Of a stretch of DNA of 64,000 bases, positions 30,228-39,497 are shown in pieces. The DNA is from a virus, in IMG/VR virus record IMGVR_UViG_3300043446_003692, positions 6,210 through 70,209 of that record, one strand, 5' to 3'. The position numbers were made by a program, and so were the translations under genes. Each line of letters starts with the position of its first letter. Within the stretch, counting starts at the first letter, position 1. The notes under the pieces were generated by a model. It ran no database searches, was not told the DNA's origin, and was given only the letters and a program-made list of their open reading frames with translations.

Positions 30228-33044
30228 ATGGCTAATAATTTGATTCAGATCAAACGCACATCCGTATCTGGACGTGCAGCCAACACAGTAACTCTCCCAA
30301 ATGCTGGCGAATTAGCGCTGAACATGGCGGATGGAATTCTTTATTCCACCAATGGCGTCGCAGTATTTGAAATTGGTGCGAACAATACGAACGTCAATGT
30401 TACTAATACGCTTACTGTCGCAAAACTTTCAGCAAACGGGACCATTGGTTCAGCTGGTCAGTATCTTACATCAAATGGTACCACAGTATATTGGTCGAGT
30501 CCTGGAGTTGCATCCGTTAATGTTGATGCGCAGTATATTTGGACTAATACTCACACCTTCAGCAATACTGTATATTTGAATGCTGTTTCTGCAAATGGTG
30601 ATTTAGGATCCGCTGGTCAAGTTTTAACATCTAATGGTTCAGACACCTATTGGTCCAGTGTTGGTGGATCAGGTACGGTAACTTCTGTTGATTCAGGTAA
30701 TGGTCTTACTGGAGGTCCAATTACTGGTTCGGGGACATTATCTGTTCTCGCAAACACTGGTATCGTAGCTAACTCAACTGGTGTGTTTGTTGATGCAACT
30801 TATATTGGAACATTAAGCGCAAACAATGCTTCGTATTTGGGTGGTACTGCTGCAGCTGGTTATCAAACAACAGCAGGACTTGCAGCCAATGTTGCTACTT
30901 TAACATCAAATAATGCTACCTATGCATTTGGTAAAACCGAAGGCGCATTGAACGTCAACAGTGCGTTAACATCGAACAGTACAACATATCTCGGCGGTAA
31001 TACAGCATCTGATTTAAATACTTACGCTGATAATAAGGCGGCTAATGCTTATTCGAATGCAATTGCATATTCGGGCAACGCAGCGCAAGCATATACTAAT
31101 GCTGTATCTTATGTTGATGGTAAATCTTATGTTAATACCAGTCAACTATCATCTAATCTTTCTAACTATCAAACAACAGCTGGTTTAGCTAGCAATGTAG
31201 CTACACTCACATCAAATAATGCAACATATGCGTTTGGAAAAACGGAGGGTGCGCTGAATGTCAATAGCGCATTAACTTCTAACAATTCAACCTATGCTTT
31301 TGGCAAATCAGAATCCGCTCTCAATGTTAACTCAGCACTAACTTCGAACAACTCAACATATGCATTCGGCAAGTCAGAGTCAGGTCTTAACGTAAACAGT
31401 GCATTAACTTCTAACAATTCAACCTATGCTTTTGATAAAACAGAAGGCAATTTGAATGTTAACTCAGCACTAACCTCTAACAACTCGACATACGCCTTTG
31501 GCAAGTCAGAGTCAGCCCTAAATGTTAACAGTGCACTAACTGCAAATAATTCTAACAATCTTGGTGGCGTCGCAGCTTCTGGGTATCAAACTACTGCAGG
31601 ATTGGCTTCGAATGTAGCAACACTTGCTGCTAACTCTGCAACATATGTTCTCGCTAACAACGGTATTGTTTCTAATGCATCTGGTGTATTCGTTAACGGT
31701 AACACTGGTCTAGTTGTAAATGCCACTGGCGTACATGTTAATTCAACTTACATTGGGACATTAAGTGCAAACAATGCTTCGTATCTTGGTGGAACCATTG
31801 CTTCTGGTTATCAAACGACAGCGGGGCTTGCAGCTAATGTTGCTACTTTAGCAGCTAACTCTGCAACATATTTGGGTTCTTCTATCAATTCAGGTAATAG
31901 TACTGGCATATACAGTACAGGAACCATATCTGCCAGTGGTATCGTTAGTGGTTTAGAACTCACTTCAACACTAGCGAGCGGAGATGAGGGTGGGCAAATC
32001 AACTTAACTAAACCACCTAATGGCACCCTTGATGGTGGCATCACAATTGATGCTTATCAAAATAGAGTAAGAATTTTTGAACAGGGTGGAAGTGCAAGAG
32101 GCGCATATATTGATTTAACAGGTTGTGCAGCTGGAGTAGGAACAAATCTTCTTGGTGGGGCTGGCTCTGGAACTGTAACTTCAGTTGGTTCTGGTAATGG
32201 TCTTACTGGCGGTCCTATCACTGGCGCTGGAACTCTTTCAGTTCTTGCTAATAATGGTATCGTTGCTAACTCTACTGGCGTATTCGTTAATGGTAATACT
32301 GGTCTTGTAGTAAATTCTACTGGCGTACATGTTAATTCAACTTACATTGGGACATTAACTGCAAATAATGCAACTAATCTCGGTGGTGTTGCAGCTGCCT
32401 CGTATGTTCAAAATACAGACAGTCGTACACTTTCAGGAAACTTAGCGTTTTCTGGCGCAAACAACACATTTAGCGGTAACTTAACTATTTCAGCGACTGG
32501 CGAACTTATTATTGCAGCTGGTGCTGGTATTTACGCTAATGGTGGACTAGGAACAGCTGGACAAGTATTAACATCAAATGCTTCTTCTGTCTATTGGTCA
32601 ACAATTTCAGCTGGTGGTGGCGCAACTCTGTCAAACGAAACAGCTAGCGCTACTACACATTATCCAGCTATGTCTACTACCTCATCTGGTACATGGTCTT
32701 CGGCTATTGTTTCAACAACAAAATTATACTTTACACCATCTACTGGCCAGCTGAATGCGACCATTTTTAACTCTTTATCTGACGCCAAAGTTAAAAAAGA
32801 TATCGTAACATTTACAAACGCGCTTGGTGTGATTGATAATATCAGAGGTGTTCGATACAACTGGATTGATAATGGTAAACCATCTATCGGTGTTATCGCT
32901 CAGGAAATCGAAAAGTATTTGCCAGAACTTGTTTCGAAGAGTCCCGAAGGTGAGATGTCAGTTAACTATGGTGGCTTGGTTGGCGTATTGATTGAAGCTA
33001 TCAAAGAGTTAAACGAGAGAATCAATAAGCTAGAGGGTAAGTGA
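30228..33044 (+). CDS. Long tail fibre with Mtd_N-like N-terminus and C-terminal S74 intramolecular chaperone
   Basis: IQIKRT..GELALN N-terminus; SDAKVKKDI, GVIAQE.EK.LPELV, V.YG.L..LIEAIKEL chaperone motifs. Confidence 0.85.
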   Translation: MANNLIQIKRTSVSGRAANTVTLPNAGELALNMADGILYSTNGVAVFEIGANNTNVNVTNTLTVAKLSANGTIGSAGQYLTSNGTTVYWSSPGVASVNVDAQYIWTNTHTFSNTVYLNAVSANGDLGSAGQVLTSNGSDTYWSSVGGSGTVTSVDSGNGLTGGPITGSGTLSVLANTGIVANSTGVFVDATYIGTLSANNASYLGGTAAAGYQTTAGLAANVATLTSNNATYAFGKTEGALNVNSALTSNSTTYLGGNTASDLNTYADNKAANAYSNAIAYSGNAAQAYTNAVSYVDGKSYVNTSQLSSNLSNYQTTAGLASNVATLTSNNATYAFGKTEGALNVNSALTSNNSTYAFGKSESALNVNSALTSNNSTYAFGKSESGLNVNSALTSNNSTYAFDKTEGNLNVNSALTSNNSTYAFGKSESALNVNSALTANNSNNLGGVAASGYQTTAGLASNVATLAANSATYVLANNGIVSNASGVFVNGNTGLVVNATGVHVNSTYIGTLSANNASYLGGTIASGYQTTAGLAANVATLAANSATYLGSSINSGNSTGIYSTGTISASGIVSGLELTSTLASGDEGGQINLTKPPNGTLDGGITIDAYQNRVRIFEQGGSARGAYIDLTGCAAGVGTNLLGGAGSGTVTSVGSGNGLTGGPITGAGTLSVLANNGIVANSTGVFVNGNTGLVVNSTGVHVNSTYIGTLTANNATNLGGVAAASYVQNTDSRTLSGNLAFSGANNTFSGNLTISATGELIIAAGAGIYANGGLGTAGQVLTSNASSVYWSTISAGGGATLSNETASATTHYPAMSTTSSGTWSSAIVSTTKLYFTPSTGQLNATIFNSLSDAKVKKDIVTFTNALGVIDNIRGVRYNWIDNGKPSIGVIAQEIEKYLPELVSKSPEGEMSVNYGGLVGVLIEAIKELNERINKLEGK
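30909..31544 (+). repeat. Same 22-aa coding repeat, 6 copies (1+5)
   Basis: Read directly from the translation. Confidence 0.9.
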
Positions 33045-33045
33045 A

Positions 33046-34224
33046 ATGCCATCTGGGTTTAAATACGGTGAAGATGAATTTGATCGTGTTTTTATGACCG
33101 ACTACGAAATTGTAGATCGATTCGTAGGGAATAGATTATGGACATGGGGTGTCAATGGAGAAGGTAACTTAGGCGAAAATACATCAACTAATAGATCATC
33201 ACCAGGAACAACTGCTGGTGGTGGTGTTAACTGGGTTCAAGTTTCAGCAGGTGGCACAACGGGAAATAGATATTCAGCCGCGATAAAAACCGATGGTACA
33301 TTATGGACTTGGGGAGGAAATGTTGCTGGTAAATTGGGTGATGGAACAACAACTTCACGTTCATCGCCTGGAACAACTGCTGGTGGCGGCACTAACTGGA
33401 AACAAGTTGCTTGTGGTGACACTAATATGGCTGCTGTAAAAACAGACGGTACTTTATGGACTTGGGGCGCAGCAACTTCTGGTGGCTTAGGCGACGGAAC
33501 AACAACTTCTAGATCTTCTCCAGGCACAACTGCTGGCGGTGGCACTAACTGGAAACAAGTTGCGGCTGGATCAAATCTTATGGGCGCAATTAAAACTGAT
33601 GGCACACTTTGGACTTGGGGTTCTGGTGCAAATGGAGGTTTGGGTGATGGAACAACAACTGCCAGATCTTCTCCTGGCACAACAGCTGGTGGTGGAACTA
33701 CCTGGAAACAAGTAGCTGCTACAGTTGGGCGTATGGTAGCGGTTAAAACAGATGGTACGTTGTGGACATGGGGAAGAAACACAAGAGGACAATTGGGTGA
33801 CGGTTCATCAACTTCTCGTTCTTCTCCTGGCACAACTGCAGGTGGCGGAACAACTTGGAAATCTGTTGATACAGCTGATGGCACAAACGACGGACACACT
33901 GCAGCCATTAAAACTGATGGAACATTATGGACTTGGGGGGAAAATACTGCTGGCGCATTGGGCGACGGTTCAACAACCTCTCGATCTTCTCCAGGCACAA
34001 CTGCAGGTGCAGGTTCTAATTGGAAAATGGTTTCTTGTGGTTATCGCAATACAGCCGCTGTAAAAACCGACGGCACATTATGGACTTGGGGGTCTGCAAT
34101 TAATGGTCAATTGGGTGACGGAACCACAACTTCTCGTTCTTCTCCAGGAACAACGGTTTCAAACTCAAATCAATGGAAAACAGTAAAATCAGCAAACTTC
34201 TATATGCTTGCTATAGCAGATTAA
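33046..34224 (+). CDS. RCC1/BLIP-II-like 7-bladed beta-propeller protein 1
   Basis: Seven KTDGTLWTWG....G.LGDG.TTSRSSPG repeats. Confidence 0.9.
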   Translation: MPSGFKYGEDEFDRVFMTDYEIVDRFVGNRLWTWGVNGEGNLGENTSTNRSSPGTTAGGGVNWVQVSAGGTTGNRYSAAIKTDGTLWTWGGNVAGKLGDGTTTSRSSPGTTAGGGTNWKQVACGDTNMAAVKTDGTLWTWGAATSGGLGDGTTTSRSSPGTTAGGGTNWKQVAAGSNLMGAIKTDGTLWTWGSGANGGLGDGTTTARSSPGTTAGGGTTWKQVAATVGRMVAVKTDGTLWTWGRNTRGQLGDGSSTSRSSPGTTAGGGTTWKSVDTADGTNDGHTAAIKTDGTLWTWGENTAGALGDGSTTSRSSPGTTAGAGSNWKMVSCGYRNTAAVKTDGTLWTWGSAINGQLGDGTTTSRSSPGTTVSNSNQWKTVKSANFYMLAIAD

Positions 34225-34234
34225 AGAGGAAAAA

Positions 34235-34867
34235 ATGACAGCATATGTTTTAGTTCACAACGGATTTGTAATCAATGGTCCACGAGCTTGGAACTATCGC
34301 TCTTTCGAATCTTCATTGCAGGAAGATTGTGAAATCGAATACAAACTTCCTATGAGCAAGACCGATGAAGAAATTATCGAGATTGACGAAAACACCAAGA
34401 TTTATGCAGCAGAGTTAGTGTATCCTAACTACAATGCTAAAATTGAATACCCTCATGGTCCTTTTTGGGATTTTTCAACTGGCAAAGCTATTGGAACATT
34501 TCAGGTGTTACCAACACCAATCGAGTTAATAAAAAACACGTTGAAGGCGAAAGTTGCTGAAATTCGCTGGCGTAAAGAAATTGCTGGTTTAATAACAAAC
34601 GTACAGGACAATGATGTGTTCGTTGATACAGCCAGAGAAGTTCGTGATGTGTTTTTACAAAAGTATATCCTAATGAACGAAAACGAAACTGTTCAATGGA
34701 AATTTAATTCTGGCTGGGTTACTCTTACACGAACAGAAGTAAATACGATAGCAACTGCGGTGGCTAATCATATTCAATCGCAGTTTGATTGGGAAATTGC
34801 AAAACATGCAGAAATTGATGCTTGTTCAACAGCAGAAGAACTAGACGCTATTGTTCTAGAGGAATGA
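34235..34867 (+). CDS. DUF4376-like tail-fibre-associated protein
   Basis: K.KVAE.RW.KE..G, WKF..GWVTLT, H.Q..FD.E, IDAC.T.EELDAI motifs. Confidence 0.7.
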   Translation: MTAYVLVHNGFVINGPRAWNYRSFESSLQEDCEIEYKLPMSKTDEEIIEIDENTKIYAAELVYPNYNAKIEYPHGPFWDFSTGKAIGTFQVLPTPIELIKNTLKAKVAEIRWRKEIAGLITNVQDNDVFVDTAREVRDVFLQKYILMNENETVQWKFNSGWVTLTRTEVNTIATAVANHIQSQFDWEIAKHAEIDACSTAEELDAIVLEE

Positions 34868-34870
34868 TAG

Positions 34871-36112
34871 ATGCCTACATTTAATTTCACAGACAACGAT
34901 GGTATTGATATTGGTAACAAGTATGTTACCAAAGAATATGTTATGGATGTTTATCCAAATTTAATACCTTCAATGGCTTCTCCTGATTTGTGGACTTGGG
35001 GGTCGAATACAGATGGTTCATTGGGGATAGGCACAACTACAGCTAGATCTTCTCCTGGAACAACAGTAGGTGGTGGTGCTACTTGGACTCAAGTTGTAAT
35101 TGGCGGCTCGCAAAACGGATACACATTAGCTGGTGTTAAATCAGACGGCACATTATGGACTTGTGGTTATAATTTTAAGGGTGGTTTGGGCGATGGGTCA
35201 ACAACATCTAGATCATCCCCAGGAACTACCGCTGGTGGTGGTACAACTTGGAAACAAGTTGCCATGCAGATGAACGGAGGCATCTTTATGAGCGCCGTTA
35301 AAACAGATGGAACGCTTTGGACGTGGGGCTACGATGGATATGGTGTTCTTGGAGCAGGAACAAATAACACAAGCCGTTCTTCTCCAGGAACAACAGCTGG
35401 TGGTGGTACTAATTGGAAACAAGTCGCTTGTGGATACGGAGCGGCTGTTGGGGCAGTAAAAACAGATGGAACATTGTGGACGTGGGGAACCAATGGTGCT
35501 GGTCAATTGGGAGATGGTACTACTAGCACTAGATCATCTCCAGTAACAACAGCTGGTGGTGGTACTAACTGGAAACAGTTATCTATGGGTGCATCTTTTT
35601 CTGCCGCTATTAAAAATGATGGAACATTATGGACATGGGGAAGCGGCGGCGGCGGTACATTAGGAACAAATAATACAACAAACAGATCATCTCCTGGAAC
35701 AACATCTGGAGGTGGCACTAACTGGAAACAAGTTTCAGGCGGTTCTTATCACTGCACAGCAATCAAAACTGATGGTACATTATGGACTTGGGGAACAAAT
35801 ACTAACGGGTCTTTAGGAACTGGTGATACAACCGATAGGTCTTCTCCTGGTACTACTGTTGGAGGTGGAACTGATTGGAAAACATTAGCATTTAATCAAG
35901 GAACATATACTACAGCAGCGCTTAAAACAGATGGTACATTATGGACTTGGGGTGGGAATGCAGCTGGTACTTTGGGTACGAATAATACTACATCAAGATC
36001 ATCACCAGGTACAACAGTAGCAAATTTTACTTCTTGGAAAAGCGTTTGTATGGCGGGTGGCTTCACAAGCAAGGGCGGCGCTGTTGCAATTGCAGAACAA
36101 GGTAACTGGTGA
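34871..36112 (+). CDS. RCC1/BLIP-II-like 7-bladed beta-propeller protein 2
   Basis: Seven WT(W/C)G...RSSP repeats. Confidence 0.9.
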   Translation: MPTFNFTDNDGIDIGNKYVTKEYVMDVYPNLIPSMASPDLWTWGSNTDGSLGIGTTTARSSPGTTVGGGATWTQVVIGGSQNGYTLAGVKSDGTLWTCGYNFKGGLGDGSTTSRSSPGTTAGGGTTWKQVAMQMNGGIFMSAVKTDGTLWTWGYDGYGVLGAGTNNTSRSSPGTTAGGGTNWKQVACGYGAAVGAVKTDGTLWTWGTNGAGQLGDGTTSTRSSPVTTAGGGTNWKQLSMGASFSAAIKNDGTLWTWGSGGGGTLGTNNTTNRSSPGTTSGGGTNWKQVSGGSYHCTAIKTDGTLWTWGTNTNGSLGTGDTTDRSSPGTTVGGGTDWKTLAFNQGTYTTAALKTDGTLWTWGGNAAGTLGTNNTTSRSSPGTTVANFTSWKSVCMAGGFTSKGGAVAIAEQGNW

Positions 36113-36607
36113 ATGGCATTCATTAAAACATTGACGATTGATGATTTTTATACTCCTGAAGGCGCAACTAATCTTTCGCTAGTTGCCAGAGGATTGCCAT
36201 TTGTACAGAAAGATTTAGGTAGAGAAATCGAAAACTTCAATCACGTTCCTGATGACATCTCCGAAATCATTTCTAATACAATTGCCCGTAAAGTTGAAGT
36301 TGATATGGATCGTTCTGGTGTATTCCGTTTTCCAGAAGTATTTGTACACTTTGAAGACTTTGAGTCGACCAAAGATTGGATTCTCGTTGTTGCGTTAGAT
36401 CATACATATTTTAATATCTATGAACATAAAGATGGTGCAAGAAATGCTCTTGAGGGATATGAGTTCCCATATCGAGATTTGTTTCAGTGGAATGTGAGAG
36501 TAAATTACGAATTAGAGCCAGGACAAGCAGTGTTTTTTCGCCCATGGCTTTTTCATTCGTTCACAGGAAACCTAGTTCAGATCTTTAGATTAAGAGACGT
36601 AGAATGA
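36113..36607 (+). CDS. Putative 2OG-Fe(II) oxygenase-fold protein (DUF6445-like, possibly degenerate)
   Basis: IDDFY.P N-terminus, VHFE, AVFFRPWLFHS. Confidence 0.45.
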   Translation: MAFIKTLTIDDFYTPEGATNLSLVARGLPFVQKDLGREIENFNHVPDDISEIISNTIARKVEVDMDRSGVFRFPEVFVHFEDFESTKDWILVVALDHTYFNIYEHKDGARNALEGYEFPYRDLFQWNVRVNYELEPGQAVFFRPWLFHSFTGNLVQIFRLRDVE

Positions 36608-37803
36608 CCGTAGGATTTACCACTGTTTATAACGGAAGAACTATTGAAGTTGATGATCTCTTGATGAAAAGAGAGTATTTCAATGATGGTACACTTTACA
36701 CATGGGGTTCCGCAGCTTATGGAGCTATGGGTGATGGAACTATAACATCAAGAAGTTCGCCAGGTACAACTGCAGGCGCTGGGTTAAATTGGAAATCTGT
36801 TTCAAATGGATTTGGAACAACGGTTGGTGTTAAAACTGATGGAACTTTGTGGACTTGGGGACATAATTTAAGAGGTCAGTTAGGGAACAGCAGCACTACT
36901 TCCCGTTCTTCTCCAGGGACCACTACAGGTGGTGGAACTAACTGGATGCAAGTTTCATGTGGTTATCAATCTGTAGGTGCCATTAAATCAGATGGAACAT
37001 TATGGACTTGGGGAAATAATTTATCGGGTCAATTGGGAGACGGAAGCACAACTTCTCGATCTTCCCCAGCACAAGTTGCTGGTGGTGGAGCCAACTGGAA
37101 ACAAGTTACTAGTGGTCTTGTACAAATGGCTGCAATTAAAACAGACGGCACATTATGGACATGGGGTTCTGGAGCCAATGGTGGATTAGGAAATAGTGGT
37201 ACAGCATCAAGATCATCACCTGGCACAACCTCTGGTGGTGGAACAAATTGGAAGCAAGTTTCTGCGGGAAATGCATATTATATGGGCGCTGTCAAAACAG
37301 ACGGCACACTTTGGACTTGGGGGCTAAACGATTTCGGTCAGTTAGGCGCTGGTAATACAACAAATAGGTCTTCTCCAGGAACAGTTGCTGGTGGGGGCAC
37401 TAATTGGAAACAAATTTCACTTGGTTATTATTCATGGTCTGCAATAAAAACAGATGGCACTCTTTGGACTTGCGGTTATAATAGTTTCGGTCAATTGGGT
37501 AATGGTGCATCGGGAGCAGCAGCACATCGTTCTTCCCCAGGAACAGTTGCTGGCGGGGGCACTAATTGGAAAGAGACTTCATCTAATTTAGCTTGTACTT
37601 TAGCAATTAAAACAGATGGCACATTATGGACTTGGGGCTATAATCTGTATGGATTTTTAGGTACTGGTAATACAACTTCTAGATCATCTCCAGGAACAGT
37701 CGTTGGTGGCATTACTAATTGGAAAAGCACTATTCAATCAACAGGCGGATTTACTGCTGAATATAATAATACAATAGGAGCTATTACTGATCTGACTATA
37801 TAA
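36604..37803 (+). CDS. RCC1/BLIP-II-like 7-bladed beta-propeller protein 3
   Basis: Seven (W/Y)T(W/C)G...RSSP repeats. Confidence 0.9.
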   Translation: MTVGFTTVYNGRTIEVDDLLMKREYFNDGTLYTWGSAAYGAMGDGTITSRSSPGTTAGAGLNWKSVSNGFGTTVGVKTDGTLWTWGHNLRGQLGNSSTTSRSSPGTTTGGGTNWMQVSCGYQSVGAIKSDGTLWTWGNNLSGQLGDGSTTSRSSPAQVAGGGANWKQVTSGLVQMAAIKTDGTLWTWGSGANGGLGNSGTASRSSPGTTSGGGTNWKQVSAGNAYYMGAVKTDGTLWTWGLNDFGQLGAGNTTNRSSPGTVAGGGTNWKQISLGYYSWSAIKTDGTLWTCGYNSFGQLGNGASGAAAHRSSPGTVAGGGTNWKETSSNLACTLAIKTDGTLWTWGYNLYGFLGTGNTTSRSSPGTVVGGITNWKSTIQSTGGFTAEYNNTIGAITDLTI

Positions 37804-37829
37804 TATGTCCACTACATTATGGAGTTGTT

Positions 37830-38603
37830 ATGAAGCGTTATCATTTTATTTCAGGGTTGCCACGTTCTGGTTCAACCCTTCTTACTTCAATCCTCAATCA
37901 AAACCCAAAATTTCATTCTAACATTTCTAATCCTTTGGCTAGATTTGTGAGAAGAATCATCACAGAATCCCACGCTGGTCCTGGGTATCATTTGCAGTGT
38001 CCAGAGCCGAAACGATTCGAGTTAATTCAAAACCTAGTTGCAACATATCATTCACATATTGATAAAGAAGTTTGCTTCAACACTAATCGTGGCTGGTCTT
38101 CGCTCCTGCCGATTCTTGAGCAAACACATCCTGAGTCAAAAGTTATTTGTTGCGTTCGTGATATTCGTTGGGTTTTAGATTCTTTTGAAGTATTATTTCG
38201 AAAAAATCCATTTACGATGTCGACTTTGTATGGTGAGGAACAGGCTCAATCAGTTTATACGAGAGCTTATTCTCTTATGTCACCAGGAAACACAGTTCGT
38301 TTTGCATATGACTCGTTGAAAGAAGCTATTACTGGACCACAAAAGAAAATGTTGATGATTCTCGAGTACGATCAGCTAGCTAAAAACCCAGAGCAAACGA
38401 TGCGCGCTCTATATAACTTCATTGGCGAACCATATTTTGACCATGACTTTAATAATGTTGAAGCCTCGTGGGATGAATATGATCTTGAGGCAGGAATTAT
38501 TGGTTTACATAAAATCCGAAAAGAAGTAAAATATATACAAAGGGAGCCTATACTTCCTCCTGATCTTTGGAACGAGTTTTCGAATCTAGAAGTTTGGCGA
38601 TGA
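37830..38603 (+). CDS. Sulfotransferase family protein
   Basis: PAPS-binding FISGLPRSGSTLL..ILNQNP; KVICCVRD...VLDS; YDQL..NP. Confidence 0.88.
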   Translation: MKRYHFISGLPRSGSTLLTSILNQNPKFHSNISNPLARFVRRIITESHAGPGYHLQCPEPKRFELIQNLVATYHSHIDKEVCFNTNRGWSSLLPILEQTHPESKVICCVRDIRWVLDSFEVLFRKNPFTMSTLYGEEQAQSVYTRAYSLMSPGNTVRFAYDSLKEAITGPQKKMLMILEYDQLAKNPEQTMRALYNFIGEPYFDHDFNNVEASWDEYDLEAGIIGLHKIRKEVKYIQREPILPPDLWNEFSNLEVWR

Positions 38604-38941
38604 TATTCAAAACACATCATGTGAAGGCGATCACGATCGAGAGAGACATAGAAGTTTCCGATGTGCCTTGTCAGACAATCGACTGCACTCTTTGTTGTGA
38701 AATGTTGTCTCCATATCTTACCGAAGCTGAGATGAAATCGGGCAAGTATATCTTTACCTTTATGAACAACGACGCTGATCCATTTACGCCTGTTATCGCA
38801 GTTCCGCGAATCGAAACTGGCTGCATCTATTTTGGTGCTGATCGCAAATGCAAAATCTACGAAGATCGTCCTCTAGCTTGCAGACAATTCGATTGCCGCA
38901 AGGGGCACCATCCAAAAATATCAAATCAATTCGAAGAGTGA
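38600..38941 (+). CDS. YkgJ-family CxxCxxCC cysteine-cluster protein
   Basis: C...DCTLCC, CIYF, CKIYEDRPLACRQFDC; ATGA overlap with the sulfotransferase stop. Confidence 0.8.
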   Translation: MIFKTHHVKAITIERDIEVSDVPCQTIDCTLCCEMLSPYLTEAEMKSGKYIFTFMNNDADPFTPVIAVPRIETGCIYFGADRKCKIYEDRPLACRQFDCRKGHHPKISNQFEE

Positions 38942-38948
38942 GGTTGTT

Positions 38949-39497
38949 ATGAAAATTAATATTGGTGCTGGTGATACCAGATATGATGGATTTGTAAATT
39001 GCGACTACGACGCGAGATGTAAGCCAGATTTTATTTTTGACATGGAAAAAGATGTTTGGCCATTTGAGGATAACACAGTCGAGCAGGTGATCGCTCATCA
39101 TGTTCTTGAACATATGGGTGAGGGATACTTTCACGTTATGAAAGAAATGTATCGTGTATGCAAACACGGCGCATTAATTGACATTCGCGTACCGCATCCA
39201 CGCCATGACTATTATTTAAACGACCCAACGCATCGTCGCCCAATTACGCCCGATGGTCTATCTCTATTCAGTAGAAAGTACAACGATGCTTGCATTGAAC
39301 AAAACGCAGCTGCCTCGCGTCTCGGTTACTACTTCGGTGTTGATTACGAAGTGGCAGATGTAAACGAGATCCCCGATCCATTATATTTAAAAGCATTTGA
39401 TGGAACGCAAGCAGACCAAGCTCGTCGTTACATTCACGAACATAATAATATCGTAATGGAATATCATATTCGTTTGGTGGTTATAAAAAATGGATGA
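38949..39497 (+). CDS. SAM-dependent methyltransferase (type 11-like)
   Basis: KINIGAG, WPFEDNTV, HVLEH, EMYRVCK.G, DPTH motifs. Confidence 0.85.
   Translation: MKINIGAGDTRYDGFVNCDYDARCKPDFIFDMEKDVWPFEDNTVEQVIAHHVLEHMGEGYFHVMKEMYRVCKHGALIDIRVPHPRHDYYLNDPTHRRPITPDGLSLFSRKYNDACIEQNAAASRLGYYFGVDYEVADVNEIPDPLYLKAFDGTQADQARRYIHEHNNIVMEYHIRLVVIKNG

Noticed and set aside
33237-33998. 253-aa antisense ORF and similar short antisense or alternate-frame ORFs throughout
   Set aside because: Shadows of repetitive or biased sense-strand genes; no RBS or family motifs seen
28099-37740. CRISPR-like array in the repeated DNA
   Set aside because: Repeats are in-frame, vary at third codon positions and have no unique spacers; no cas genes
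27541-37803. Diversity-generating retroelement, suggested by Mtd_N-like N-termini and variable repeats
   Set aside because: No reverse transcriptase and no non-coding template repeat in the window; repeat differences are not obviously adenine-specific
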